Notes under the pieces: model-generated | Database searches by the model: none | What the model was told of the DNA's origin: nothing | What the model saw: only the letters and a program-made list of their open reading frames with translations | NCBI GenBank assembly: GCA_035403545.1 | Contig: DAONFJ010000002.1 | Coordinates: 14,867-78,866 of the forward strand | DNA length: 64,000 bases | Direction of reading: 5' to 3' | From: Spirochaetota bacterium | Lineage (GTDB): Bacteria > Spirochaetota > UBA4802 > UBA5550 | Translations under genes and position numbers: made by a program | Shown here: one piece after another, positions 9,277 to 17,510 of the stretch | Layout: each line of letters begins with the position of its first letter | Numbering within the stretch: the stretch's first letter is position 1

Positions 9277-10320
9277 ATGAAAACCATCGTAATCAAATAC
9301 TCAGCGATAATACTTGCACTTATCTCGGCTGCCTTATTCGGAATAACTACTCCTGTAAACAAATTTCTGCTCAATGATATTAATCCTTTTTTTCTTGCCG
9401 GACTTCTATATCTTGGCGCGTCAACAGGATTATTACCCGTAATACTTGTGAGAGGCGAGTTCCCTCATCTGCTTAACCTGAACCGCAGTAATAAAATAAG
9501 ACTATCAGGTTCTATAGTACTGGGCGGTATTCTGGGCCCGATATTAATTTTATCCGGACTGAAGTTTGCCTCAGCTTCTTCTGTTTCATTGTGGCTCAAC
9601 CTTGAACTGGCGGCAACAACTGTTTTGGGATTTCTATTTTTCAAAGATTTTTTAGGGATTAAAGGATGGCTTGGCGTAATGCTTGCCCTGGTTTCAGGAT
9701 TGATACTTACCGTGAACGAAGGCCATTCTGGAATTATCTCTGCGGTACTTGTCGGCTCAGCATGCGTATGCTGGGGATTTGATAATCATTTCACCGCACT
9801 CATCGACGGAATTTCAGCAGTTCAGAGTACGTTTATTAAGGGATTATTCGCGGGAACTCTTAATACTTTTGCCGGATATTATTTTTCTGACAGGTTAATT
9901 TCTGCGGAATTTATATTCTATGCGCTTCTTCTCGGGAGTGTATCTTACGGTATAAGTATTGTTTTATATATAATTTCAGCACAGAAGCTTGGTGCAATCA
10001 GAAGCCAGATAATTTTTTCCAGCGCTCCGTTTTTCGGAGTATTCTTTTCCATGATATTTTTATCGGAAAGCATAAGCCAACTGCAGATCGTTTCATTTTC
10101 ACTATTTGTTTTTTCAATAATACTTTTTATGTTTGAAAAACATGAGCATTATCATCACCACCATGAGGTTGAGCATACTCATTTTCACAGGCATGACGAT
10201 ATGCACCATGAACATCATCATGATAAAAAAATTTCATATCATGAACATCTTCATAAACATGAGAACGAAGAACATGCGCATCCCCACTGGCCGGATATGC
10301 ATCACAGGCATAAACATTAG
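9277..10320 (+). CDS. EamA/DMT-family transporter with a 61-residue histidine-rich C-terminal tail
   Basis: About ten hydrophobic helices in two EamA-like halves. The tail EKHEHYHHHHEVEHTHFHRHDDMHHEHHHDKK...HHRHKH (nt 10135-10317) holds 26 His. The start is ambiguous (TTG 9220, ATG 9253, ATG 9277) and none has a clear SD. Confidence 0.7.
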   Translation: MKTIVIKYSAIILALISAALFGITTPVNKFLLNDINPFFLAGLLYLGASTGLLPVILVRGEFPHLLNLNRSNKIRLSGSIVLGGILGPILILSGLKFASASSVSLWLNLELAATTVLGFLFFKDFLGIKGWLGVMLALVSGLILTVNEGHSGIISAVLVGSACVCWGFDNHFTALIDGISAVQSTFIKGLFAGTLNTFAGYYFSDRLISAEFIFYALLLGSVSYGISIVLYIISAQKLGAIRSQIIFSSAPFFGVFFSMIFLSESISQLQIVSFSLFVFSIILFMFEKHEHYHHHHEVEHTHFHRHDDMHHEHHHDKKISYHEHLHKHENEEHAHPHWPDMHHRHKH

Positions 10321-10360
10321 GGAGTCCCTGCAGAGCCTATTAAGGTTACGCAATAATAAA

Positions 10361-11707
10361 ATGAAAATAACTCTGATAAATCCGCCTATAGAAGATTTTT
10401 ATGTTACCGGGATACGGCGTCAGCCCCTTGGGCTTCTTTATATTGCCGCAGCATTGAAAGCTGCAGGATACAATCCTTCTCTGCTGAACTGTCACAGCGG
10501 AAAAAAAAGTATCATGGAACTTCCGCCGCAGTTCAGCTATCTTGAAACTTATATTAACAGTCCTGATCCCAAACTCCGGTTTCCCTATAAAAATTATGCT
10601 CACTACGGAATGAGCTGGCAGGAGATTGACAGGCAGATTAAAAATTCTCCGGCTGAAATATACTTCATATCATCGCTATTTACTACATACTATATGGAGA
10701 CAGAGCGGGTGATTGAGATAATACGGAAACACGCTAAGAGCGCTTACATTGCAGTCGGCGGTTACCATGCGTCGCTCTATCCTGAATATTATCTTAATGA
10801 TACAGGTGCCGATTTTGTAATCTGCGGTGAAGGGGAGATCCCGTCACTTGAACTTCTCCGCGCAATTGAAAACGGAACAGATCTTCAGTCAGTACCGGGC
10901 CTTGTTTACCGCAGTAATGGTGAAATAAAAAAAAATATACATCTGTCAAAGCCGGATGTTTCTCTCTTACCTTATCCGGCGCGAGAGTTACTTATTGAGA
11001 GAGATTTTAAAGCATACAAAAAATTTTTTGTCTCTATGCTGACTTCAAGGGGATGTCCTAACCGCTGTACATTCTGTACGGGGAAAATTATCTGGGGTGA
11101 CGGACGGCGGGAACGGGCGGCTGAAGACGTGATGAATGAAATCTCGGAGTGCATAACAAAGTTTGGAGCAGGAATAATTAATTTTGAGGATGACAACATT
11201 TTTCCTACAAAAAAACGGGCACATGAATTTTTAGAACTGCTGATCAGAGCGAGAAAGAAAAATGGAATCTCTCCCGAATTTACTGCGATGAATGGAATCT
11301 CGCTGGAAAAAGTTGATGAAGAAATTATCTCACTTATGAAACAGGCCGGATTTGTTGAACTGAACATATCTCTGGTAACGCATTCTGAAGATATACAAAA
11401 GAGCGAGAGAAGGCCTTTCAGCTCTGCAAAGTTTAAAAGTATCGCGGAATCGGCGCGCCGTCACGGCATGAACGTCAGAGGATACTTTATCCTCGGACTT
11501 CCGGGACAGAGTTCAGCCGAGATAAACGAAACTATTTCCTTTCTGAAAAGCAATGACTTAAAAGTATTCCCTTCGGTGTACTATAATATCTATTCGCCGA
11601 AGGACCAGTGGAAGATGCAGAGATCGTCTGCTTTCTATAATGAGAGCGGACTGCTCAGCCGTGATGATCTTTTCCGGAGTTTTAATAAATGTTTCTCTCC
11701 GTATTAA
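10361..11707 (+). CDS. B12-binding-domain radical SAM protein
   Basis: N-terminal MKITLINPP...LGLLYIAAALKAAGY (cobalamin-binding-domain-like) and CPNRCTFC = CX3CX2C (11054-11077). The ORF-track start at 10133 is a spurious extension across the His-tail region. Confidence 0.8.
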   Translation: MKITLINPPIEDFYVTGIRRQPLGLLYIAAALKAAGYNPSLLNCHSGKKSIMELPPQFSYLETYINSPDPKLRFPYKNYAHYGMSWQEIDRQIKNSPAEIYFISSLFTTYYMETERVIEIIRKHAKSAYIAVGGYHASLYPEYYLNDTGADFVICGEGEIPSLELLRAIENGTDLQSVPGLVYRSNGEIKKNIHLSKPDVSLLPYPARELLIERDFKAYKKFFVSMLTSRGCPNRCTFCTGKIIWGDGRRERAAEDVMNEISECITKFGAGIINFEDDNIFPTKKRAHEFLELLIRARKKNGISPEFTAMNGISLEKVDEEIISLMKQAGFVELNISLVTHSEDIQKSERRPFSSAKFKSIAESARRHGMNVRGYFILGLPGQSSAEINETISFLKSNDLKVFPSVYYNIYSPKDQWKMQRSSAFYNESGLLSRDDLFRSFNKCFSPY

Positions 11708-11798
11708 TAAAATTCTGTTGCTTTTTTGATTACATCTGCTTAAATTAAAAGATAAATATTTTTATTTTCTGAATTTTATTCCGTTGAAAGGATTATAA

Positions 11799-12587
11799 AT
11801 GATTCAGCTGAAAAGGGAGAAATCCCGTTTAAAAAAGAAATTAACTCTTTATTTTATCCTGATCGCGATTGTTTCAATTTCAGTCAGCATTGAAATGATA
11901 TTTGAATTCAGTTCTGCAAAATTCAGGAATGACATCCGGAATAATGTAATGACTGAAGTTCAGAATGGAATACCTGAAGCATATATTAAAAGAGTTAATG
12001 TTGAAAAAATCAATAGTGTAATTAATGATCCCATCATTGACCTGAGAAACAGAATGGTACTTCTCCTCCTTGTGGTGTTTGCAAGTATTATCGGTGCCTT
12101 CATCATGTTTGCGAAAGACATCGTCTCTCCTATGGACGGTATAGTTGAGGCGACCAAAAAGATTGTGGATGGAGATCTTACGGTAACTGTTCCGGTAATG
12201 TCCGATGATGAAATAGGGCAGATTGCAACGCTCATAAATGATATGAACATCAATCTGAATAATATGATCATGGAAATCAGGCAGGAAGTATCAAAGTATA
12301 AAAGCAAGATTCAGCAGGCTGCAGATGCCATCGCTTCTATCTCACAAAAAAATGCCGTGACAATAATTGAAAACAGGGCAATGAAAGTTTCGGATTTTAA
12401 AAAGATGATGAAACTCAGCGCTGATGTAGTGAAGCTCCTTAATATGATGCTCATAGATCTTGGCGCGCTTGAAACTTTTGTTAAAATGTATAAAACCTAT
12501 GCTATACATACAGAAATTAATCAGAGAGAACTCGACAAGGTGCTTGATCAGTACGATATAAAGTTAAGTTCCGAGGAAAATGAATAA
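11799..12587 (+). CDS. Two-TM membrane protein with a HAMP domain and coiled-coil tail, no recognisable output domain
   Basis: HAMP signature PMDGIVEATKKIVDGDLTVTVPVMSDDEIGQIATLINDMN after the second TM segment. SD AAGGA upstream. Confidence 0.65.
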   Translation: MIQLKREKSRLKKKLTLYFILIAIVSISVSIEMIFEFSSAKFRNDIRNNVMTEVQNGIPEAYIKRVNVEKINSVINDPIIDLRNRMVLLLLVVFASIIGAFIMFAKDIVSPMDGIVEATKKIVDGDLTVTVPVMSDDEIGQIATLINDMNINLNNMIMEIRQEVSKYKSKIQQAADAIASISQKNAVTIIENRAMKVSDFKKMMKLSADVVKLLNMMLIDLGALETFVKMYKTYAIHTEINQRELDKVLDQYDIKLSSEENE

Positions 12588-13369
12588 TGAGTTTTGAGTA
12601 CTGGTATATGTTCCCCGTGGCGGTTGTTATTGCGATACTTGCCAATTCATCAGGATTTTCGGGCGGAGTTTTATTTCAGCCGATATATAACCTTTTTCTG
12701 AATATTCCGATCCAGAGTGCAATCGCTACCGGCATAGCAACAGAGACTGTCGGCATGACCAGCGGAGCCATAAGATATATCTATTATAAAATGGTCGATC
12801 TCCCGATTGCATTCACAATGATTATGCTTACAATACCTGGAATAGTTCTCGGGAATCATGCGCTTATTGTTATAAATGGAGATCTCCTCAAACTTATACT
12901 TGGTTTTATTATTCTTTTTATCGCCACAATGCAGTTTGCTAATGCTGTTAAAAAATCCTTCGGCAGAAGGGAGAGTGTTCCTGTTGAGGATATATATCCC
13001 TTTATGTGGATTCCGCCTGTCAGCGGATTTTTTTCCGCAGCTACAGGAACCGGAGTCTGCGAGATTTCTCAACCTCTGCTTGAGAAGGGGTTAAATCTTA
13101 AAACAAGAAAAGCCAATGCCACAGCAATTATGATTGAAGCTACCGCGGACTGGATTATAACAATTCTTAATATCCATGCCGGATTTATTATTTGGGAGAT
13201 ATGGATATTTACAGGAACCGGTGTAATACTGGGCGGCCAGATTGGTCCGTATATTTCACGGTTTCTGCCGGAGAGATTAATTAAAATTATATTTTCAATC
13301 TCAATAATACTCATCGGGGTGTTTTATATATATAAAGGTTATATCTGGATGATGAAAGGCCGGGTATAA
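12587..13369 (+). CDS. TauE/SafE-family (sulfite exporter-like) permease
   Basis: Polytopic, with the SSGFSGGVLFQP motif near the N-terminus. Its ATG overlaps the previous stop (TAATG). Confidence 0.7.
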   Translation: MSFEYWYMFPVAVVIAILANSSGFSGGVLFQPIYNLFLNIPIQSAIATGIATETVGMTSGAIRYIYYKMVDLPIAFTMIMLTIPGIVLGNHALIVINGDLLKLILGFIILFIATMQFANAVKKSFGRRESVPVEDIYPFMWIPPVSGFFSAATGTGVCEISQPLLEKGLNLKTRKANATAIMIEATADWIITILNIHAGFIIWEIWIFTGTGVILGGQIGPYISRFLPERLIKIIFSISIILIGVFYIYKGYIWMMKGRV

Positions 13370-13378
13370 GCATATTAT

Positions 13379-15067
13379 ATGGGATTGATCAGTTTCCTTG
13401 AAAGCCCGGCAGGGCAGGCAGTTCTCTATTTCAGCCAGACAATTCTTTTTGCAATGATGCTTTATATTCTTGCCGCGGAGTTCACCCGGACTAAAGACAA
13501 AACCCTTGTCTATAAACTGACGGCAGCATGCAGCATAACAACTATAAGCGGGTGTACTGCTTTAATTTTTATTCTTGACGCGTTTTATAATGTAAAAATT
13601 ACACAGAAATTTTTTCCTCTTATTTTTAATTCCCTGTTTGCGGTTGTTGTTTTGTCTTTGACCAGGGCATTCATTTTTGATTTTGTTTCCAACAGAGAGA
13701 GGTTTCGTAAACTGATTAACGCAGGTATGGTTCTTTCGGGTGTGATATATGTTGTTATGCAGATTTACTGGCTGAAAGTTTTCACGGAGGGGATGCAGTT
13801 CTGGAAGTCGGGCCTGCAGTTGTTATTTTCATTATTTTTTATTTCTATACTGATCTTTGCGGTTTATTATCTCGTCAGATTCAGAAAAAGTTATAAATTT
13901 AGGCTGATAACAGCTTTTTTGTCAATAGCTGTTGTTCAGCTGATTAATATTTACGGATCTATTGCAGATTTTATTCCTCCTTCGCTTGCAATAATTAAAG
14001 CAGCAGCTCCGATGCTTGTCCCGGTAATGTTTACCAGTGTTGTGTTTAAGGAACTAATAGGAAGAGTTGTACTCATGGTAGAACAGGTAAGGATTACTTT
14101 TGAGCATCAGAGAGAACTGATTTTTGAACTGATAAATATCGGTGCCGAGTTATCCTCAATGTCCGATAATCTTGTGAAAACAGCTCTCGACGGATGGGCC
14201 AAACTCTCTTTTGTGGCGGAAACAATTAAAGAACAGATAAATGACAGTGACACTCTGAGTGAAATAAACCGGGCTTCGTCTGAAAGATTAAAATCTATTG
14301 ATATTAAATCTATTGAGGATTCCATCAGTAAACTTATTGAAGCAGTTTCAGTTCCGGACAATATAAATAATGATACCCGGGAAAGTTCTTTTAATAATAT
14401 TCTTGCAGGTATGGGAAAGGCCTCGGTACTGATCTCGGAAGCATCTGCCGGCGCGGAGAGACTGAAGCTGCTTCTTCCTGCTGTGAGTTCAGCTCTTGAT
14501 AATATAGATGATATTTCGGACAGGACAAATATTCTTTCACTGAACGCATCCATTGAAGCGGCAAGGGCCGGAGTGCATGGAAGGGGTTTTGCAGTTGTTG
14601 CAGAGGAGATCGGAAGACTGGCGGAGAGTTCTCTAACCGGTTCAAAAGAGGTAAGGAATAATATTTCAGAGATAATTACTCTGTTTAAATTATATGAAGA
14701 TAAAGCCGGGGGCGCGGTTGCAGATATGAACAGACTGGCGGAATCACTTGGGAATATCAGCATAGCTTCAGCGGGTGAAAAAAAAGGGGAGACAGATCCT
14801 GCTGTTACTGAAGGGATTATGACAGGAATTGAAATATATAATTCTGTTGTTGCGGAGACCATGAGTAAAACAGATAGTATTGATATAATCACCGGAAGAA
14901 GCAGGCACCACGCCGAGGAGATGAAGAACAAAATCAGCGCACATATTACCAATATTGAATCTATAGCAGGTATCAGCGACATGATCAATGAACTTGTTAC
15001 AAAGCTTAATGGTAAAATTAATGTTATAATTGAGCAGACCGGGGAACTGGAGAAGCTTACTTCATAG
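13379..15067 (+). CDS. Methyl-accepting chemotaxis protein with a 7-TM N-terminal module
   Basis: Signalling hairpin [40 protein letters not shown]. Seven hydrophobic segments in aa 1-225. Starts 10 nt after the TauE gene. Confidence 0.85.
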   Translation: MGLISFLESPAGQAVLYFSQTILFAMMLYILAAEFTRTKDKTLVYKLTAACSITTISGCTALIFILDAFYNVKITQKFFPLIFNSLFAVVVLSLTRAFIFDFVSNRERFRKLINAGMVLSGVIYVVMQIYWLKVFTEGMQFWKSGLQLLFSLFFISILIFAVYYLVRFRKSYKFRLITAFLSIAVVQLINIYGSIADFIPPSLAIIKAAAPMLVPVMFTSVVFKELIGRVVLMVEQVRITFEHQRELIFELINIGAELSSMSDNLVKTALDGWAKLSFVAETIKEQINDSDTLSEINRASSERLKSIDIKSIEDSISKLIEAVSVPDNINNDTRESSFNNILAGMGKASVLISEASAGAERLKLLLPAVSSALDNIDDISDRTNILSLNASIEAARAGVHGRGFAVVAEEIGRLAESSLTGSKEVRNNISEIITLFKLYEDKAGGAVADMNRLAESLGNISIASAGEKKGETDPAVTEGIMTGIEIYNSVVAETMSKTDSIDIITGRSRHHAEEMKNKISAHITNIESIAGISDMINELVTKLNGKINVIIEQTGELEKLTS

Positions 15068-15135
15068 TTTAATATAACTCATAAAAACCGGAGTTTGAGC
15101 CTGAATCAAAAAAAATCTAATGAGACATAAATAGA

Positions 15136-15165
15136 TTGACAACTTTAATGAAGTTTACAATAAAT
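15136..15165 (+). promoter_or_regulatory. Candidate sigma70-type promoter upstream of pyrB
   Basis: TTGACA (15136-15141), 18-nt spacer, ATAAAT (15160-15165). About 100 nt upstream of the pyrB ATG. Confidence 0.25.
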
Positions 15166-15262
15166 ATATAGGTTACAGGCATAAAAATTGATCCGTTCTC
15201 TCTGAACCGATAAATTGATTGAAAGCCACAACCACTTTATATATGGAAAGTATAAAAGTGAA

Positions 15263-16216
15263 ATGAATTCATTAAACAGAAAAGATCTCCTTGATATTAA
15301 ATCCCTCTCTCCTGACGAGATAATGCTCATATGCAATACTGCGAAATACTTCAAAGACGTTTTTACGCGTGATGTCAAAAGTGTGCCGGTACTCAGAGGT
15401 AAAACTGTCTGCACACTGTTTTATGAACCTTCTACGCGGACACGGCTCAGCTTTGAGATGGCGGCAAAACTGCTCTCGGCGAATACGATAAATGTTCCTG
15501 TTACAACATCCAGTGTTGTAAAGGGAGAATCACTTATCGATACGGTAAGAACCCTTGAGGCCATGAAGGCTGATTATATTGTAATGAGGCATGGGGCATC
15601 TTTAGCGCCCCATTTTTTGTCTAAAAACATTAAAGCATCGGTAATTAACGGCGGTGACGGATACCACTCTCATCCCACTCAGGCTCTTCTTGATACATAT
15701 TCCATTCTTGAAAAAAGAGGATCAATAAAGGGGCTGCATATCGGAATTATCGGAGATATAAAGCACTCAAGGGTTGCAAGATCGGATATAGCCGCATTTA
15801 CAAAACTCGGAGCGAAGATCACTCTCTGCGGGCCGTCTACTCTGCTTCCCGATGAATTCAAACAGTATGGTGTAGACATTACGTATGACCTGGATAAACT
15901 CCTCCCGAAGCTCGATGTAATAAATATGCTGCGTATCCAGAGAGAGCGGCAGAAAGGATCGCTGTTCCCTTCAATAAGAGAATATAATCTTCTCTATTCT
16001 CTCACTGAGGAAAGATTCTTAAAATGCAAACCTGATATTATTGTAATGCATCCCGGTCCGATGAACCGCGGAATTGAACTTGATGATGCAGTGGCGGATT
16101 GCCCTAATTCAATTATTAACGAACAGGTAACAAACGGAGTCGCGGTAAGAATGGCTATTTTTTATCTCCTGGCTGGCGGCACGCCGCTTAGTGATGCTGA
16201 TACTGAGGGTAATTAA
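15263..16216 (+). CDS. pyrB: Aspartate carbamoyltransferase catalytic subunit
   Basis: YEPSTRTRLSFE, SHPTQALLD and HPGPMNRG motifs. I prefer the ATG at 15263 (MNSLNRKDLL) to the ORF start at 15215. Confidence 0.92.
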   Translation: MNSLNRKDLLDIKSLSPDEIMLICNTAKYFKDVFTRDVKSVPVLRGKTVCTLFYEPSTRTRLSFEMAAKLLSANTINVPVTTSSVVKGESLIDTVRTLEAMKADYIVMRHGASLAPHFLSKNIKASVINGGDGYHSHPTQALLDTYSILEKRGSIKGLHIGIIGDIKHSRVARSDIAAFTKLGAKITLCGPSTLLPDEFKQYGVDITYDLDKLLPKLDVINMLRIQRERQKGSLFPSIREYNLLYSLTEERFLKCKPDIIVMHPGPMNRGIELDDAVADCPNSIINEQVTNGVAVRMAIFYLLAGGTPLSDADTEGN

Positions 16217-16221
16217 AATAT

Positions 16222-17505
16222 ATGGGAATACTGATTAAAAACGGAAGAGTTATTGATCCGGCAAGCGGAACAGATGACAAACTCGATATTGTTATAAGTG
16301 AAAATAAAATTGCAGATATTGCAAAAAATATTAAGCCAGCTTCAGGCGATGAAGTTATAGATGCCAATGGCTCCCTTGTTCTCCCGGGCCTTATAGATAT
16401 ACATGTTCATTTCCGCGAGCCGGGAAGAGAAGATGTTGAGACAATAATCGGCGGATCGCTGGTCGCTGCTAAAAGCGGATTTACATCAGTATGTACAATG
16501 CCTAATACTTCACCAGTGATTGACAACCAGGCCCTTGTGCGTTTTATAATAATGGAAGCCGCGAAGGGCCCGATAAATGTTTTCCCTACTGCCAACATTT
16601 CCAAGGGCGGAAAAGGTGAAGAGATCTCCGAGATGGGCGAGCTTGTCAGAGGGGGAGCTGTAGCATTTACAGATGACGGCAAGCCTGTAATAAATTCAAT
16701 TTTGATGAGGCGTGCTCTTGAATATTCGCGTATGTTTAACGTACCGGTTCTCTCCCACGCTGAAGATAAACTTCTTGCAGACGAAGGGCTGATGAATGAG
16801 GGTTTAAACTCAAACAGGCTGGGGCTTCGTGGAATTCCTTGTGAAGCTGAAGAGGTTATGATAGCAAGAGATATAATACTCACAAGGCTCGCGAAAGGAA
16901 GACTCCATATATGCCATGTATCATCAGCCGGATCTGTTGAACTGGTGAGGCGCGGTAAGGCTGACGGAATCAGTGTATCGTGCGAAACGGCTCCTCATTA
17001 TTTTTCTTTGAATGATGATGCCGTAGAAGAACATCTCTCTATGGCAAAAATGAATCCGCCGCTGCGCAGCGAACATGACCGGAAAGAAATAATCCGCGGG
17101 CTGAAAGACGGAACAATAGACGTCATAGCAACTGACCATGCTCCTCACGCACTGTTCGAAAAGATGCAGGAGATGGAGTATGCCCCGTTCGGAATAATCG
17201 GGCTTGAAACTTCGGTGCCTCTTATTATTACAGAACTTGTTCGTAACAATAATTTCTCTTATATTGAAGCATTCTCTAAAGTGACATGCAATCCGTCAAG
17301 GCTCCTTAATCTTGGCAGAGGTGAACTGAAGAAAGGAGCAATGGCTGATGTAGTTATCATCAATCCTGACGAAAAAATTGTCGTAGATAAAAAGTTTCTG
17401 ATCTCGAAATGTAAAAATACTCCGTTCATCGGAAAAGAACTTTTCGGTAGCATCGAATACACAATCTGTAACGGGAAAATAGTGCATAAGAGAACCAGGT
17501 CTTAA
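16222..17505 (+). CDS. pyrC: Dihydroorotase
   Basis: DIHVHFREPG and ATDHAPH metal-binding motifs. Starts 5 nt after pyrB. Confidence 0.92.
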   Translation: MGILIKNGRVIDPASGTDDKLDIVISENKIADIAKNIKPASGDEVIDANGSLVLPGLIDIHVHFREPGREDVETIIGGSLVAAKSGFTSVCTMPNTSPVIDNQALVRFIIMEAAKGPINVFPTANISKGGKGEEISEMGELVRGGAVAFTDDGKPVINSILMRRALEYSRMFNVPVLSHAEDKLLADEGLMNEGLNSNRLGLRGIPCEAEEVMIARDIILTRLAKGRLHICHVSSAGSVELVRRGKADGISVSCETAPHYFSLNDDAVEEHLSMAKMNPPLRSEHDRKEIIRGLKDGTIDVIATDHAPHALFEKMQEMEYAPFGIIGLETSVPLIITELVRNNNFSYIEAFSKVTCNPSRLLNLGRGELKKGAMADVVIINPDEKIVVDKKFLISKCKNTPFIGKELFGSIEYTICNGKIVHKRTRS

Positions 17506-17510
17506 GATAG

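Noticed and set aside
10133-10360. 76-codon N-terminal extension of the radical SAM ORF in the ORF track
   Set aside because: It is the +1 frame of the His-tail coding region (M/I/N/T-rich nonsense). The ATG at 10361 begins the conserved MKITLINPP B12-domain start and lies after the transporter stop.
14107-14988. 293-aa minus-strand ORF inside the 7TM-MCP gene
   Set aside because: The translation is S/I/L/A-rich and low complexity, which is the typical mirror image of a coiled-coil MCP coding strand. It has no start context. The plus-strand gene has unmistakable MCP motifs.
15190-15212. CAGAGAGAAC-like sequence upstream of pyrB, reminiscent of the PyrR binding loop (UCCAGAGAGG)
   Set aside because: The motif is only present on the minus strand (plus strand reads GATCCGTTCTCTCTGAACCGA), so it would not be in the pyrB mRNA. 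There are no convincing anti-terminator or terminator alternative stems, and no pyrR gene is present.
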